Source: Candidatus Woesearchaeota archaeon (GTDB taxonomy: Archaea > Nanobdellota > Nanobdellia > Woesearchaeales > GW2011-AR9). From it: DNA of 50,625 bases. The notes under the pieces were generated by a model. It was given only the letters and a program-made list of their open reading frames with translations, had not been told where the DNA came from and did not search any database. The stretch is taken from positions 1 to 50,625 of the forward strand of contig JABHWJ010000013.1 of NCBI GenBank assembly GCA_018657845.1, read 5' to 3'. The translations under genes were made by a program, and so were the position numbers. Below, piece by piece: positions 19,091-29,094 of this stretch; position 1 is the stretch's first letter, and every line of letters begins with the position of its first letter.

Positions 19091-19630
19091 TTAAACTTGC
19101 ATCTCTCTAGTTTCAGTTGTGACACGTCCGCCTTGCCATTGGCCCCGATATGAAGAAGTGGATCCATCTATTTTGATAAAGAAACATTGACAGAATCTCG
19201 CTCCAAGTTCAATTTCTATTTCACAAGGACCAGCATTATAAATTGCGGGATGAAGGATTCCAGAATAACCAGGATCACCAACAGTTCCTCTCATGATTAC
19301 TCCCATTCTGTGAAGGGTAGTTCTGGGTTTGAATACAACAAAAACATCTTTGGGAACGTTAATCTTTTCTACAGTTTCAGCGATAAGATATTCTCCGGGT
19401 TTAAGGATATAAGAAGATTTATTATCTGAATTGTAAGAAGCAAGTTCTTCTACTTTGGGAGTTTGTCGTTCGTCTATTCCTAAAAATCCTTTTCCTTTTA
19501 ATTTGAACAGTTTATTTAATCTTAGGTCGATGACAATACTTTCGGGATTGTTGAGTTCTCTTTCGCAAAGACCTTCAACAAGATTGTTTTCTTTGATTAA
19601 TTGTTGAACTTTATTGGTTCCAAGGATCAT
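19091..19630 (-). CDS. dCTP deaminase/dUTPase family protein (probably dUTPase)
   Basis: IDLRL, KPRTTLHRMG, DPGYSG, GARFCQ, YRGQWQG; the deaminase Glu after DPG.G appears absent. Confidence 0.8.
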   Translation of the reverse strand: MILGTNKVQQLIKENNLVEGLCERELNNPESIVIDLRLNKLFKLKGKGFLGIDERQTPKVEELASYNSDNKSSYILKPGEYLIAETVEKINVPKDVFVVFKPRTTLHRMGVIMRGTVGDPGYSGILHPAIYNAGPCEIEIELGARFCQCFFIKIDGSTSSYRGQWQGGRVTTETREMQV

Positions 19631-19680
19631 AGGTTAAGGGAGCAAGAAAGGTTTATATTTGTTTTGGTGTTCTGGAGAAT

Positions 19681-20229
19681 ATGGACTTTCAAAATAATAA
19701 AAAGACATTCTTAGCTAAGTTAGATAAAAGTAAAAAAGGAGGAATTGATGAGAAAGTTATTTCTTTAATTGGAGTTATTAATAGTAAAGAGAATTATTAC
19801 ACTACTTCTTCTTGTTCTGGAAGAGTGGGGTTATTAAAGGGTTCTGAAAAGAAGAATGAAACAGAATGGTTAAAGGTTAGCCATGATTTGATTAAAGAAG
19901 ATTTCTTTGGATTGGAGAATAACAAGGGTTTGGTGTGGTTAAGGTTAGAGCCATTTATTATGCATATCTGTTGTAAGGATTTAGAATCGGCTAATATTTT
20001 GTTGGGTGGGGCTAAGAGGACGTATAAGAAAAGTTGTATTCTAAGTGTAAGTAACAAGTTTATTGTGGAAATAAGAGGGAGTGAACAATTAAAGATGCCT
20101 TTTTATGATGATGGAGAACTGTTATTCTCTGGAGAATTAACTTGGTTGAGAAATTTTATTAATGAGAAGTTGGGGAAGATTTGGGAAGGAATAAATAAGT
20201 TTGAGTTAATTCTAAAGGAATTAAAATAA
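19681..20229 (+). CDS. taw3: tRNA wyosine-derivative methyltransferase Taw3/TYW3
   Basis: DKSKKGGIDE, YYTTSSCSGR, KVSH, FIMH. Confidence 0.9.
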   Translation: MDFQNNKKTFLAKLDKSKKGGIDEKVISLIGVINSKENYYTTSSCSGRVGLLKGSEKKNETEWLKVSHDLIKEDFFGLENNKGLVWLRLEPFIMHICCKDLESANILLGGAKRTYKKSCILSVSNKFIVEIRGSEQLKMPFYDDGELLFSGELTWLRNFINEKLGKIWEGINKFELILKELK

Positions 20230-20244
20230 ATAAAAAATAAAAAT

Positions 20245-21378
20245 TTATTGTATTACTAGTTCTCCAATACAACAACAAGCATCTATTGTGTCACACCTTC
20301 TAGGTATTGGGCTTTCATAATTGTAACCTTCAACACTACAAGTTATTTCTGCAGTATTGCCATGTCTGTCAATACAAGCACCATCTAAATATGGTTCTTT
20401 TTTTGCTATTCCCGTACAGAAATCTCTACATTCTTTGTCTGGGTCTGGTAAGCAAGCACCTTCACTACAACCAAAATCACAATTAATGCCTATTCCACTA
20501 CAAGCAGAAATACATTCAGTTGAAGGAAAATATTCAATTAGATTATTATCTTCACAAATATCAACATAGTCTAATCCATTGCTACCTGTGCAGGTTCCTT
20601 TTACACTTGATTCTAATCCACCATCAGTATCTTCAAAATCACAACTTTCTACACAACTGTTATCTTGGCAGATAGAATCTTCTGTACATACTTGTCCCTC
20701 ACAATCATTGTCTGCACAATCTATTGTGTTATCTCCATCATTGTCAAAAGTGTCCGCACAAGAATCGTCTGAAAAGAATTCTGTACAATCATCACAAGGT
20801 AGGCATTCTCCCTCATTACAATCTCCTGCACAGGAGACATAGCCACCAGCTTCAAAAGTTAGTGCACAACTATAAACTCCTTGATCTCCAATGATTTCTT
20901 CAGTACATTCATTATCATTCATCAATCCCCATGGTCCAGAACCTTCGGTGTGTGTAGCTACAGTGACTTCTTCCCAATTAATACCATTGCCAAACCAATT
21001 TGCACATTTTGGCCAAGTTTCTTCAGGAACACTTTCTTCATCACCACTATCGCCTCCGCCTCCACCGCCAGTACTTTTCTTACCTTCGGGTTTCTTTTCT
21101 TCAACAGTTTTTTCTGAATCTGTGTTTGTAGTTCCGCTAGTTTCTCCTGGTTCTGTTGTTGTTTCTACTCCTTCTTCAGAAGAAGATTCGTCAACAGATG
21201 GTTCATCTGCAGCAGGAATTGGTGTGGGTTCTTCTTGAATTGCAGAAATGATGATGACAGTTAGAATGATTAAGGTTAATATTCCTAATGTTAACTGCCA
21301 GATCATTTTTTTATTATTTAATAAAGAACTTGGTTTTTTTTTAATAGATTTTTTAATTTTTATAGATTTCTTAGCCAT
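20245..21378 (-). CDS. Membrane-anchored Cys-rich extracellular protein
   Basis: Basic N-terminus plus TM, acidic S/T/E linker, CADTFDNDGDNTIDCADNDC Ca-binding-like repeat, DTDGG..KGT..D.C..LIEYF module. Confidence 0.8.
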   Translation of the reverse strand: MAKKSIKIKKSIKKKPSSLLNNKKMIWQLTLGILTLIILTVIIISAIQEEPTPIPAADEPSVDESSSEEGVETTTEPGETSGTTNTDSEKTVEEKKPEGKKSTGGGGGGDSGDEESVPEETWPKCANWFGNGINWEEVTVATHTEGSGPWGLMNDNECTEEIIGDQGVYSCALTFEAGGYVSCAGDCNEGECLPCDDCTEFFSDDSCADTFDNDGDNTIDCADNDCEGQVCTEDSICQDNSCVESCDFEDTDGGLESSVKGTCTGSNGLDYVDICEDNNLIEYFPSTECISACSGIGINCDFGCSEGACLPDPDKECRDFCTGIAKKEPYLDGACIDRHGNTAEITCSVEGYNYESPIPRRCDTIDACCCIGELVIQ

Positions 21379-21513
21379 GGAAATATCACCTTTTTTTAAA
21401 GTTAACAGTTTGATTGTTTAACTAATTAATACTTCTTGTAATATAAATGTTTTGGGAGAAAGAATTTTTATTAAGAACAAATAGAAAATAAGAAAAATAA
21501 AAGAAAAAAGAAA

Positions 21514-24500
21514 TTACTTCCGTTTCTTGGTTACTACAGCTACACCTAATCCTACTGCAACAAGTATTAATATAACCAACACACCTAACAAAGCGACATA
21601 GGTGTTACTTTCTCTAAATGAAGAGGTCACTCCAGATACAGATGTTTCTGCTACGCTTCCGGGTCCTTTGAGTTGGTCAATTATTTGTTGTGTTAAAGAG
21701 GGCGTAGTTAAGTCGGCAGTAGACGAAGATTCACAAGGACCTACATTTAATGTAAGTTTTTCAGTGTCTTCTAAGATGTCATCTCTGTAAACTTCTACTT
21801 CGATGGTGTATTCTCCTTCTTTTGCATCAGTTACATCAAGAGTAAAAGTTAGAGTGTCATCGTTGTCATTATCAGAGTAATCTTCTAATTTTAGGTTTTT
21901 CTTTTCTAAGTTAATTCCTAAATCAGTGTTTTTTACTCTGATACTTACGTCATCTTCGTCTTTAGTTCCAATGTTCTTTATGAGTACAGATAGAGAAACG
22001 TATTCGTTACAGTAGGTTTTTTCTACTAAACTTGTAGATGAAATTACAATGTTGTGAGAATCTCTTTCAATTCCTACATCTTTGGTTTCTTCATCAGCGT
22101 GTTCTGCTCCGTCACTGGTTTCTCCTTCAACTTCAATGATAAGTTCGTATTCATCTTCTTCTAGGTCTGAAGGAAGAGTGAATTTGATGGTTTCTTTGTG
22201 GTCGTCTCCATCATCTAAGTCGAAGTTCTCAGAGATTTCTTCTAAGTCATCTTCATCGTCATCAATGTTTTTGATGGTGATGGTGATGAAAACATCTTCT
22301 AAGTCGTCGTTTCCTGTGTTCTTAACATTAACTTCGATTTCGTTTTCTTCTCCAGGATAAAATTTACCACTACTTTTACCATTAACTTCAACATCTTCAA
22401 TGATTAAGTCACTTTCAGCTTGTAGGTAAAGATCAATTGTTGAGGAGACGGTAGTCGCATCAGCTTTAGCTTCAACTTTTATGTCTCCAAGATTATCTTT
22501 CTTACCATCAGCATCTTCAGGAACGTAAACGGAAACCCAAGCAGTAACTTCTTCGAGAGGATCAAGTGTTCCCAAATTTAGTTCTTCACTAAAAGTTCCA
22601 CTTTCAGTAAGAGAGAACTTAACTTGATAATCGTTGTTAATAGCACTAGTGATTTTTGTTTCAGTTAAAGAATCAAGAGTTCCTTTGTTCTTAACAGTGA
22701 AGGATTTTTTGAAGGTGGTTTCACGAGTAGCATCTTCGATTTCAATCTTATCAGTTGTAGTTAATCCAGCTCCTAATTCATCAACAACTTCGTAAGTAGA
22801 GAAACCTTCGAATGTAGTGAAGACATAAGTGTTGCTTTTTTGTTCGCCTACACAATCTTCACAAACTGCGTTGTCTTTCAAGATTACTGGGTTACTGAAA
22901 GAGGTACTGTAGAAAGTAATAGTAGCATCAACGTTAGTGAATTCTTCTGCCATACCTATTGAAGTATCAATAGAAAGGTAGTGTTCACTTAATTCGATTA
23001 CTTCATCTAAGTCAGTGAGGTCTCTTAGATCAACAGCTCCGAATTCTACTTTTCCATAATCGTTTTCAATAACTAACTCCCAATCTTCTAATTGGTTGTC
23101 AGTTGCATCTGCAGGAATGTTGGTTTCAAAAGATTCTGCAATGGGAATTTTACTAACTAAGATGCACCATTCTTCTGTTTCTTCCCCGTTGATTGCGGCA
23201 TATAAGTAATGAGCACCTTCTCCATCTGGAGAAAATTCATAGCTGCTTCCGGTGTGGACAGGATCTTCTAATTTTGAATTGTACCAAGTAACTAAATGGT
23301 CGTATCCTTCTTCAGCAAGAGTTACTTCTAAAGCTGGTTCGAAAGCAATACCATCAGCAATGGCCCAACAGCCATCAGTTTCTGGTGTCCAATCTTCAAT
23401 GCAACTGTTTCTTTTTATGTCTACAGTTTCTGTGGTTGATTGAGTAGAGTCATCTCTGAAAAGAGCTTTTACAGAAATTGTGTTAGTAGTTTCTTCAGTG
23501 AGTTCGTCTGCATAAATCTTTACAGATTTTGTTTTGACTTCGTTAGGATTAATTGTAACTCCTGGAAGATCAAGTTCTATGACTTCGTTGTCAGAAGAGA
23601 TAAGGAAGTGAACATCATCTTCAATATTGTCTCCAGCGTTAGTGTATTCAATTACAACTTTAGTAAATTCTTTACAAGTAAGTTCTTCTTGAAGTACTTT
23701 TAAGTTTGAGATAACAATATCTGCGGGTTCTTGTTCTACTACAAAGACAAAATCGAAAAGGTCATTACGTAGAGATTTATCCATGTAGTCTTTTCCTTCT
23801 GCTTTGATATTAACATCATATTTCCCTTCAGGAACTTCATAAGAAAGGCTTTCTTTCAAAATAACTACTTGAGAAGCTCCAGGATTTAGATTAAAAGTTT
23901 CGGTATCTTCGAAAGTAAAATCTAATGAAGATACTTCGGCAGTGATTCCAGTTACCATATATTCTAGATTGTTTTTAACAGTAAATTGGACACTAACTTC
24001 TTCTAAAGGATTAACTGGAGTAGATTCTTCTCCAGAGGTTACAGAATCGCCATTAACTTTAACTCCACTAATAGTAAGAGCAGAAGTGATTGTAGCATCT
24101 ACTGTAAACTCTGTAGGTTCATATCCATCGTTGGCAGTAAAGGTGCAGGTTCCTTCTTTACCATTGTCTTCCCAATTGCCCAAAGATAAGGTTAATTCAT
24201 TACCGTCGATTGCACAAGTTATTCCACCAGTAGCGACAGCACCAGTAAAAGCTAAGATGTCGCCATCAGCGTCAGTAATGAAATTGGTTAAATTTAAGGT
24301 TTTTTCTTCTGTGTTGACTTCTTCTAATTTCTGAGCGGAAATGGTTCCTTCGGGAACTTCGTTAGCATTTCCATTACTGGATCCTAATGTAGGAGTGTCA
24401 AATTCTTTCCAGATAGAAGAACCGTCGTGTTGTCTTCCTAAAGATTTACTTTTGCCAGGAACAGCAAGATCTCCGTCTTCTCCATAAGAAGCGTCGTCTA

Positions 24501-24819
24501 CTGTATTTCCATCGCTATCTTTTAGGATGAGTTTTTCTCCAACATTATTAAGAGTAAGAATAGCAGCTAGTGATTTAGTTTTACCTGCTTTTATTTTTAT
24601 TCCTGTAAGAGAAACGACTTTATTATCGTCTTCAATGGTCCAACCATTAAGAGTAATGGTTTCACCAGCATTGTAAAGTTCGATTCCATCAGGATTTGTG
24701 GAAAATTCATTAATAAATACTGTTCCGGTGTAATCGGAATCTGCTAATGCTGCTCGAGTAGTTAAAAGAAGAGCAACAATTGCTAATACAACAAAAAAGA
24801 TTTTGTGGTTTGTTTTCAT
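21514..24819 (-). CDS. Large acidic S-layer-like surface protein (lamin-tail domain plus Ig/CARDB repeats, C-terminal TM)
   Basis: Signal peptide; VFINEF..IELYN..LNGWTI..LNN.GE..SLGR..W..PTLG (LTD); repeated VKN.G motifs; TM followed by KKRK. Confidence 0.8.
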   Translation of the reverse strand: MKTNHKIFFVVLAIVALLLTTRAALADSDYTGTVFINEFSTNPDGIELYNAGETITLNGWTIEDDNKVVSLTGIKIKAGKTKSLAAILTLNNVGEKLILKDSDGNTVDDASYGEDGDLAVPGKSKSLGRQHDGSSIWKEFDTPTLGSSNGNANEVPEGTISAQKLEEVNTEEKTLNLTNFITDADGDILAFTGAVATGGITCAIDGNELTLSLGNWEDNGKEGTCTFTANDGYEPTEFTVDATITSALTISGVKVNGDSVTSGEESTPVNPLEEVSVQFTVKNNLEYMVTGITAEVSSLDFTFEDTETFNLNPGASQVVILKESLSYEVPEGKYDVNIKAEGKDYMDKSLRNDLFDFVFVVEQEPADIVISNLKVLQEELTCKEFTKVVIEYTNAGDNIEDDVHFLISSDNEVIELDLPGVTINPNEVKTKSVKIYADELTEETTNTISVKALFRDDSTQSTTETVDIKRNSCIEDWTPETDGCWAIADGIAFEPALEVTLAEEGYDHLVTWYNSKLEDPVHTGSSYEFSPDGEGAHYLYAAINGEETEEWCILVSKIPIAESFETNIPADATDNQLEDWELVIENDYGKVEFGAVDLRDLTDLDEVIELSEHYLSIDTSIGMAEEFTNVDATITFYSTSFSNPVILKDNAVCEDCVGEQKSNTYVFTTFEGFSTYEVVDELGAGLTTTDKIEIEDATRETTFKKSFTVKNKGTLDSLTETKITSAINNDYQVKFSLTESGTFSEELNLGTLDPLEEVTAWVSVYVPEDADGKKDNLGDIKVEAKADATTVSSTIDLYLQAESDLIIEDVEVNGKSSGKFYPGEENEIEVNVKNTGNDDLEDVFITITIKNIDDDEDDLEEISENFDLDDGDDHKETIKFTLPSDLEEDEYELIIEVEGETSDGAEHADEETKDVGIERDSHNIVISSTSLVEKTYCNEYVSLSVLIKNIGTKDEDDVSIRVKNTDLGINLEKKNLKLEDYSDNDNDDTLTFTLDVTDAKEGEYTIEVEVYRDDILEDTEKLTLNVGPCESSSTADLTTPSLTQQIIDQLKGPGSVAETSVSGVTSSFRESNTYVALLGVLVILILVAVGLGVAVVTKKRK

Positions 24820-24879
24820 TTTATTTTTTACCTCAAATGAATTTTTATTTGTTTATTGTTTGTTATTTATTGTTGGAAG

Positions 24880-26316
24880 TTATTGTTTTACTAATGCAAC
24901 TATCAAGATGCCAATAATTATTAGGGTAACTCCCATTGCTAAAATCATTAATACTACCATCAAAGTAGATTCTTCAAATTTTAACTCTGTAGATTCTAAC
25001 GGTTCATAAGTTGCGGCAGCATTCAAATTAGGGGTGGCAGGTGCAGCAACAGCGGTTGTAGTAATTTCTGGAATAGTTTCCTTAGGAGCTTCTGGTTCGG
25101 AGGTAGGTTCTGGGGTAGGTTCTGCTTCTGGCTCAGAAGGCACAGTAGTACATTCCTTGACTTCTAAGTAAACTATTTTTTTATCTCCAAAGACGTTGTA
25201 ATCATAGTAAGAAATTATATCAATAGGATATGTTCCTACTTCGAAATCTTTGTCTAAGTCAATGATTATTTTTTCTATGTGAGAATTATCATCTTCGTGG
25301 CCACGTTCTAAAGCAAAATTATAATCCATATCGATTCCTAAGTCTGTGTTAAGGATAGATAGGGCAGCATGACTTTGTTTACTGCTCCCATAATTAGTTA
25401 CTTTAACGATTAGATTTGATCTTCTAAGACAGGAAATTTCTTCAGGATCTAATGTGGCGCTTTCTATTCTAACATCATCGGTTTCTCTTTCAACTTCTAA
25501 ATAAATGATCCAGTCTATGGTGAATTTAGCTTTATTATCATCTTTGGCTTCTATTTCAACATCTAATTGATAAGTTCCTTTTTCAGTATCCATAGGAATT
25601 TCAAAATTTAAAATGATCTCTTGATCTTTATCGGAGAGGTCTTCTCCAGCAAGAAGATCGAAGTCTTCTTCTTCATCAAGATCTTTACCAAATTCAGAAT
25701 CGTCTAAAGTTAAAGTTATGGTTCCTTCCATGTCTCCATAATCATAATCTTCATCAAAAAGATTTTCTAATCGAAAACCAAGACGAATTTTATCTCCAGG
25801 ACTAAGATTCTTAACTTCAGTTTCGTCATCGTTAATTGCTTTTTTATAATTGTCGAAGTTGTTAACATAAGCATAGATCTTCTTTATTTCAAGCATTGAG
25901 TGGACGTTAGTTCTTATAGGGATAGAAGTTTCTTGACCAGATGAGGTGGTTATTTTTAGAGTGGCAATATCATGCTCTCCTTGGTCGGCTTCTACAGGAA
26001 TCTGAGTTTTAAGGTTAATTGTTTTTTCAGTTCCTTCGAAAGTAAAAGAATAACTATCAGAAGTAGTTGTGGAAAACTTTACATCATAATCTGATTTTAC
26101 ATCAATGATTGTTAAAATTACTTCTTCAGTTTCGGCTGAATTTTTAAGTGTGAATTGTTGGTCTAAATTTAGTTCTTGTTCATCATCATCGAGGTCATCA
26201 TAATCAACTTCTAGGATCACCTGATTATCATCTACAGAAAGTTCTGCTTGGGCAATACTTGCTAGTAGAATTAAGATAAATACGCTTAAGATTAGTTTAG
26301 TTTTAATTTTACCCAC
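24880..26316 (-). CDS. Acidic Ig/CARDB-type surface protein, paralogous to the C-terminal half of 21514..24819
   Basis: Signal peptide; shared PG....N, ER....V.I, NTDLGI and G.Y.I motifs; Pro/Thr linker; C-terminal TM; GTG start. Confidence 0.75.
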   Translation of the reverse strand: MGKIKTKLILSVFILILLASIAQAELSVDDNQVILEVDYDDLDDDEQELNLDQQFTLKNSAETEEVILTIIDVKSDYDVKFSTTTSDSYSFTFEGTEKTINLKTQIPVEADQGEHDIATLKITTSSGQETSIPIRTNVHSMLEIKKIYAYVNNFDNYKKAINDDETEVKNLSPGDKIRLGFRLENLFDEDYDYGDMEGTITLTLDDSEFGKDLDEEEDFDLLAGEDLSDKDQEIILNFEIPMDTEKGTYQLDVEIEAKDDNKAKFTIDWIIYLEVERETDDVRIESATLDPEEISCLRRSNLIVKVTNYGSSKQSHAALSILNTDLGIDMDYNFALERGHEDDNSHIEKIIIDLDKDFEVGTYPIDIISYYDYNVFGDKKIVYLEVKECTTVPSEPEAEPTPEPTSEPEAPKETIPEITTTAVAAPATPNLNAAATYEPLESTELKFEESTLMVVLMILAMGVTLIIIGILIVALVKQ

Positions 26317-26422
26317 CCCTGGATATTTTTCTATTGTTGAGTAGTCACAAGATTTATAAGGATTTATATACTGGAGTATATATGTTCGTTATATATTAAG
26401 AGAAAAAGAAAATAAGGAATAA

Positions 26423-26914
26423 TTAATCTCTTGGTTTGGTCCCTGCATAGAAGAATTTTTCAATGGAAACATCGGTGTCATTGAAGTTTCCTGATCTCGG
26501 ATGATTTTCTGCACTTGGAGGTGGAGTTGGTTGAGGCACAGGAGCTGCCTGCTGATTTGATTGAACTGGCTGAGGGGTTGGCTGTGGTCGAGGAGCTGCG
26601 CGGATAATCTTGAGTTCTTGGATTTTCTTATCCATACCTTCTAAGCGCTCTCTGAATTCTTTTATTGTTTTAACCATAAATAAAGTGTTTTTTTCTAAAA
26701 TGTCTTTGATCTTCTCATCAGTGAGCTCTTGTTGTTTTTCTTGATTTTGGGAAGAGGTATGGATATCATGATTAGTTTCTTTGAGGGAGGTGTAATCTTG
26801 TTTAGAAAGAAGCTTTTCTGCCTGTTCGATGGCTGCTTCACGATCGGGAGTTAAACCCTGTTTCATTAATTCTAAGGCTAAATCATTAATTTTTTGAATT
26901 CTTTCAACGTTCAT
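26423..26914 (-). CDS. Hypothetical coiled-coil protein with Pro/Gln linker
   Basis: GAGGT SD; helical N-terminus; ordered-looking C-terminal HPRSGNFNDTDVSIEKFFY. Confidence 0.8.
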   Translation of the reverse strand: MNVERIQKINDLALELMKQGLTPDREAAIEQAEKLLSKQDYTSLKETNHDIHTSSQNQEKQQELTDEKIKDILEKNTLFMVKTIKEFRERLEGMDKKIQELKIIRAAPRPQPTPQPVQSNQQAAPVPQPTPPPSAENHPRSGNFNDTDVSIEKFFYAGTKPRD

Positions 26915-27024
26915 TTTGTGTACCTCTTTAATATAAATAGTGTTTTGAGAGAAACAACTGCTTCTTATAACGTTTTCTATTCTTGGGTATATTCAATAAT
27001 CTTACCAAGATCTTTGGTTTTTAT

Positions 27025-27345
27025 TTAAGGTTTAGAAATAGTTCCACAAACAAAGGGGATTTTGAAAGGAATTACTCCAATTGTGCTGAGATAAACTGCT
27101 ACTAAAGCAAGGATTAATCCGACGAAAAAACCAAGAATGGCGAATTTGAACTCAATAATGGCTAATTGTCCTTTTTTATTTTTATTAAATCCAGGAAATA
27201 AGAAACCACAAACAAAGGGGATTTTGAAAGGAAGAATACTTTTAGCACCAAGATAAATTAAAGCTAAACCTCCAACCAATCCTACAAAAAAACCTACGAA
27301 GAAATACTGCAATTCAATCATCCCAAGTTGGCCTCTTTTGTTCAT
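27025..27345 (-). CDS. Small membrane protein made of two tandem class III signal peptide (prepilin-like) units
   Basis: NKRGQL..IE + TM + PFKIPFVCG, then NKKGQL..IE + TM + PFKIPFVCG; ATG 27345. Confidence 0.8.
   Translation of the reverse strand: MNKRGQLGMIELQYFFVGFFVGLVGGLALIYLGAKSILPFKIPFVCGFLFPGFNKNKKGQLAIIEFKFAILGFFVGLILALVAVYLSTIGVIPFKIPFVCGTISKP
27044..27233. repeat. 28-bp perfect direct repeat (27044-27071 and 27206-27233)
   Basis: CCACAAACAAAGGGGATTTTGAAAGGAA occurs twice, 162 bp apart, encoding PFKIPFVCG. Confidence 0.95.
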
Positions 27346-27403
27346 AAGTTGGGAAAGTATTTTTAGGTATATAAATGTTTCTTTTTGGGACAAATAGTAA
27401 AAT

Positions 27404-27421
27404 AACCGAAAGGTTTATAAA
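27404..27421 (+). promoter_or_regulatory. BRE/TATA promoter of tfb
   Basis: AACCGAAAGG-TTTATAAA; GGTGA SD at 27471-27475. Confidence 0.7.
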
Positions 27422-27481
27422 TGATTGATGTAAATAGTTTATAAAGTTAACGTGAGGGATGTTTCTAATCGGTGATAAAAA

Positions 27482-28405
27482 ATGCGAAGAACAACTATAT
27501 CAGAATGCCCGGACTGTGGTTCTAAGGACCTTAGAAAAGATAGAGAGAAAGGAGAAGTTATCTGCAAAGAATGTGGACTAGTCGTAGAAGAAAAAATGGT
27601 CGACTTTTCTCAGGAATGGAGAGATTTTAGTGATGATGGTGGAGAAAGTAAACGTAGAACTGGGGCGCCAAGCACGTATACTCAATTTGATCAAGGATTG
27701 GGTACAGAAGTAGGAACTACTTCAGATTTTTATAAATTAGGTAGCGAGGGAGCTAAAGATAAGTTTTTTAGATTACGTAAGTGGCAATATAGGATTAGTA
27801 CTGCTATTGAGAGAAATCTTAAGGTTGCTTTGGCTGAATTGAAGCGAGTTTCTAGTTTTTTGAAATTACCTAAATCCGTAGAAGAAGAATCAGCTAGAAT
27901 TTATACTATGGCTGTACAAAAAGGATTAGTACGTGGAAGATCGATGGAATCTGTAGTTGCAGGAGCTTTATATGCTGCTTGTAGAAGGCACGAAGTTCCT
28001 AGAACTTTAGATGAAATGGGTGAGGCTTCTGGAATTGAGAAAAAAGAAATTGGTCGGACTTACAGGTTTGTGACCCGCGAGTTGGGGATTAATATCTTAC
28101 CTTCAAATCCAGCAGATTATATTCCAAGATTCGCTTCTGCTTTGAATTTATCAGCTGAAACTCAATCTAGGTCTGTAGAGATTTTAGAACAAGCTAGGGA
28201 TATTGAGTTAACTTCCGGAAGAGGACCAACTGGAATTGCAGCTGCTGCCCTTTATGTTTCAAGTTTGATTCATGGAGAGAAAAGAACTCAACGAGAAGTT
28301 GCTGACGTTGCTGGAGTTACTGAAGTTACAATCAGGAATCGATATAAAGAACTGATTAAGAAACTTAAGCTGACGAAAGAAGTTGAGAAGAATAAAAAGA
28401 AATAA
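27482..28405 (+). CDS. tfb: Transcription initiation factor IIB
   Basis: CPDC..CKECG Zn ribbon, EWR, RTGAP, two cyclin repeats (GLVRGRS, GRGPTG), TEVTIRNRYKEL. Confidence 0.98.
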   Translation: MRRTTISECPDCGSKDLRKDREKGEVICKECGLVVEEKMVDFSQEWRDFSDDGGESKRRTGAPSTYTQFDQGLGTEVGTTSDFYKLGSEGAKDKFFRLRKWQYRISTAIERNLKVALAELKRVSSFLKLPKSVEEESARIYTMAVQKGLVRGRSMESVVAGALYAACRRHEVPRTLDEMGEASGIEKKEIGRTYRFVTRELGINILPSNPADYIPRFASALNLSAETQSRSVEILEQARDIELTSGRGPTGIAAAALYVSSLIHGEKRTQREVADVAGVTEVTIRNRYKELIKKLKLTKEVEKNKKK

Positions 28406-28452
28406 TTTCTTTTTTTATTTAATTTTTAGGTTTTAGGTGTTATGGATCGGAA

Positions 28453-29094
28453 ATGACTAGAATAGACCCAGAAATCTATCAAAGAGTTCAAAGAAGAGTT
28501 TTATATTCTAAAAAAGAAGAGCTTAAAGGAAAGGTTTCAGGAAACGTTAAAGTTACTTTATTGGATCCAACAGATTTTTATTTAAAATGTGACGAGGAAG
28601 ATTTTCTTAACATTTCTATAGTTGATAAACAAGGGGCAAGATATTACAGTGTTTTTTGGGATACTCAATCTAATTTATCTGGATTTTATGATGCTTCTGT
28701 GGAATTTTATCAAAATGTTATTGTGGACCCTACAGTTCAAGCAAGAAATAAAGCAATGAATAATCAGGTTCTTTTTACTGGTGAGGGAGATCATGATTTT
28801 ATTAGTCTAGATCAATATTTAAATGGAGACTTTAATTGTGATTCTGATTTTGAAGAAGGGGTTTTAAGATTATTTACTCCTCATTTTGATTTAGGTTTTG
28901 AGAAGCTTTCAATATATGAATATACTAAAATTTCTGTTGTTTCTCACCAAGATTTATCTCCACATATTGCCAAATTAATTCAGAAAACTTCTCGTTTTGG
29001 TTTTCAAGAATCTGAATTAGAAAATTTAGAAACTTCCGTAACTTATTTATTACATGACAAATTCTTAAGAGGAAGTGATTCAAAATGCAAATAA
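28453..29094 (+). CDS. Hypothetical protein
   Basis: 213-aa ORF overlapping the next gene by 10 nt; no recognised motif. Confidence 0.7.
   Translation: MTRIDPEIYQRVQRRVLYSKKEELKGKVSGNVKVTLLDPTDFYLKCDEEDFLNISIVDKQGARYYSVFWDTQSNLSGFYDASVEFYQNVIVDPTVQARNKAMNNQVLFTGEGDHDFISLDQYLNGDFNCDSDFEEGVLRLFTPHFDLGFEKLSIYEYTKISVVSHQDLSPHIAKLIQKTSRFGFQESELENLETSVTYLLHDKFLRGSDSKCK

Noticed and set aside
19090-19167. N-terminal extension of TrmI in the ORF track
   Set aside because: Overlaps the upstream dUTPase-like gene by 77 nt; ATG 19089 gives normal length and 1-nt spacing
20357-25009. Many Ser-rich plus-strand ORFs
   Set aside because: Antisense shadows of Glu/Asp-rich codons in the minus-strand surface proteins; other short opposite-strand or nested ORFs in the track (e.g. 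244, 4963, 8506, 16251, 17260, 38334, 43654, 47247) were rejected for the same reason
27044-27233. 28-bp direct repeat as a CRISPR remnant
   Set aside because: Only two copies, 134-bp spacing, in frame within a coding duplication; no cas genes or arrays in the window
27346-27393. N-terminal extension MSQKETFIYLKILSQL of the tandem prepilin-like ORF
   Set aside because: TTG start running through the likely TATA box; ATG 27345 gives a typical class III signal
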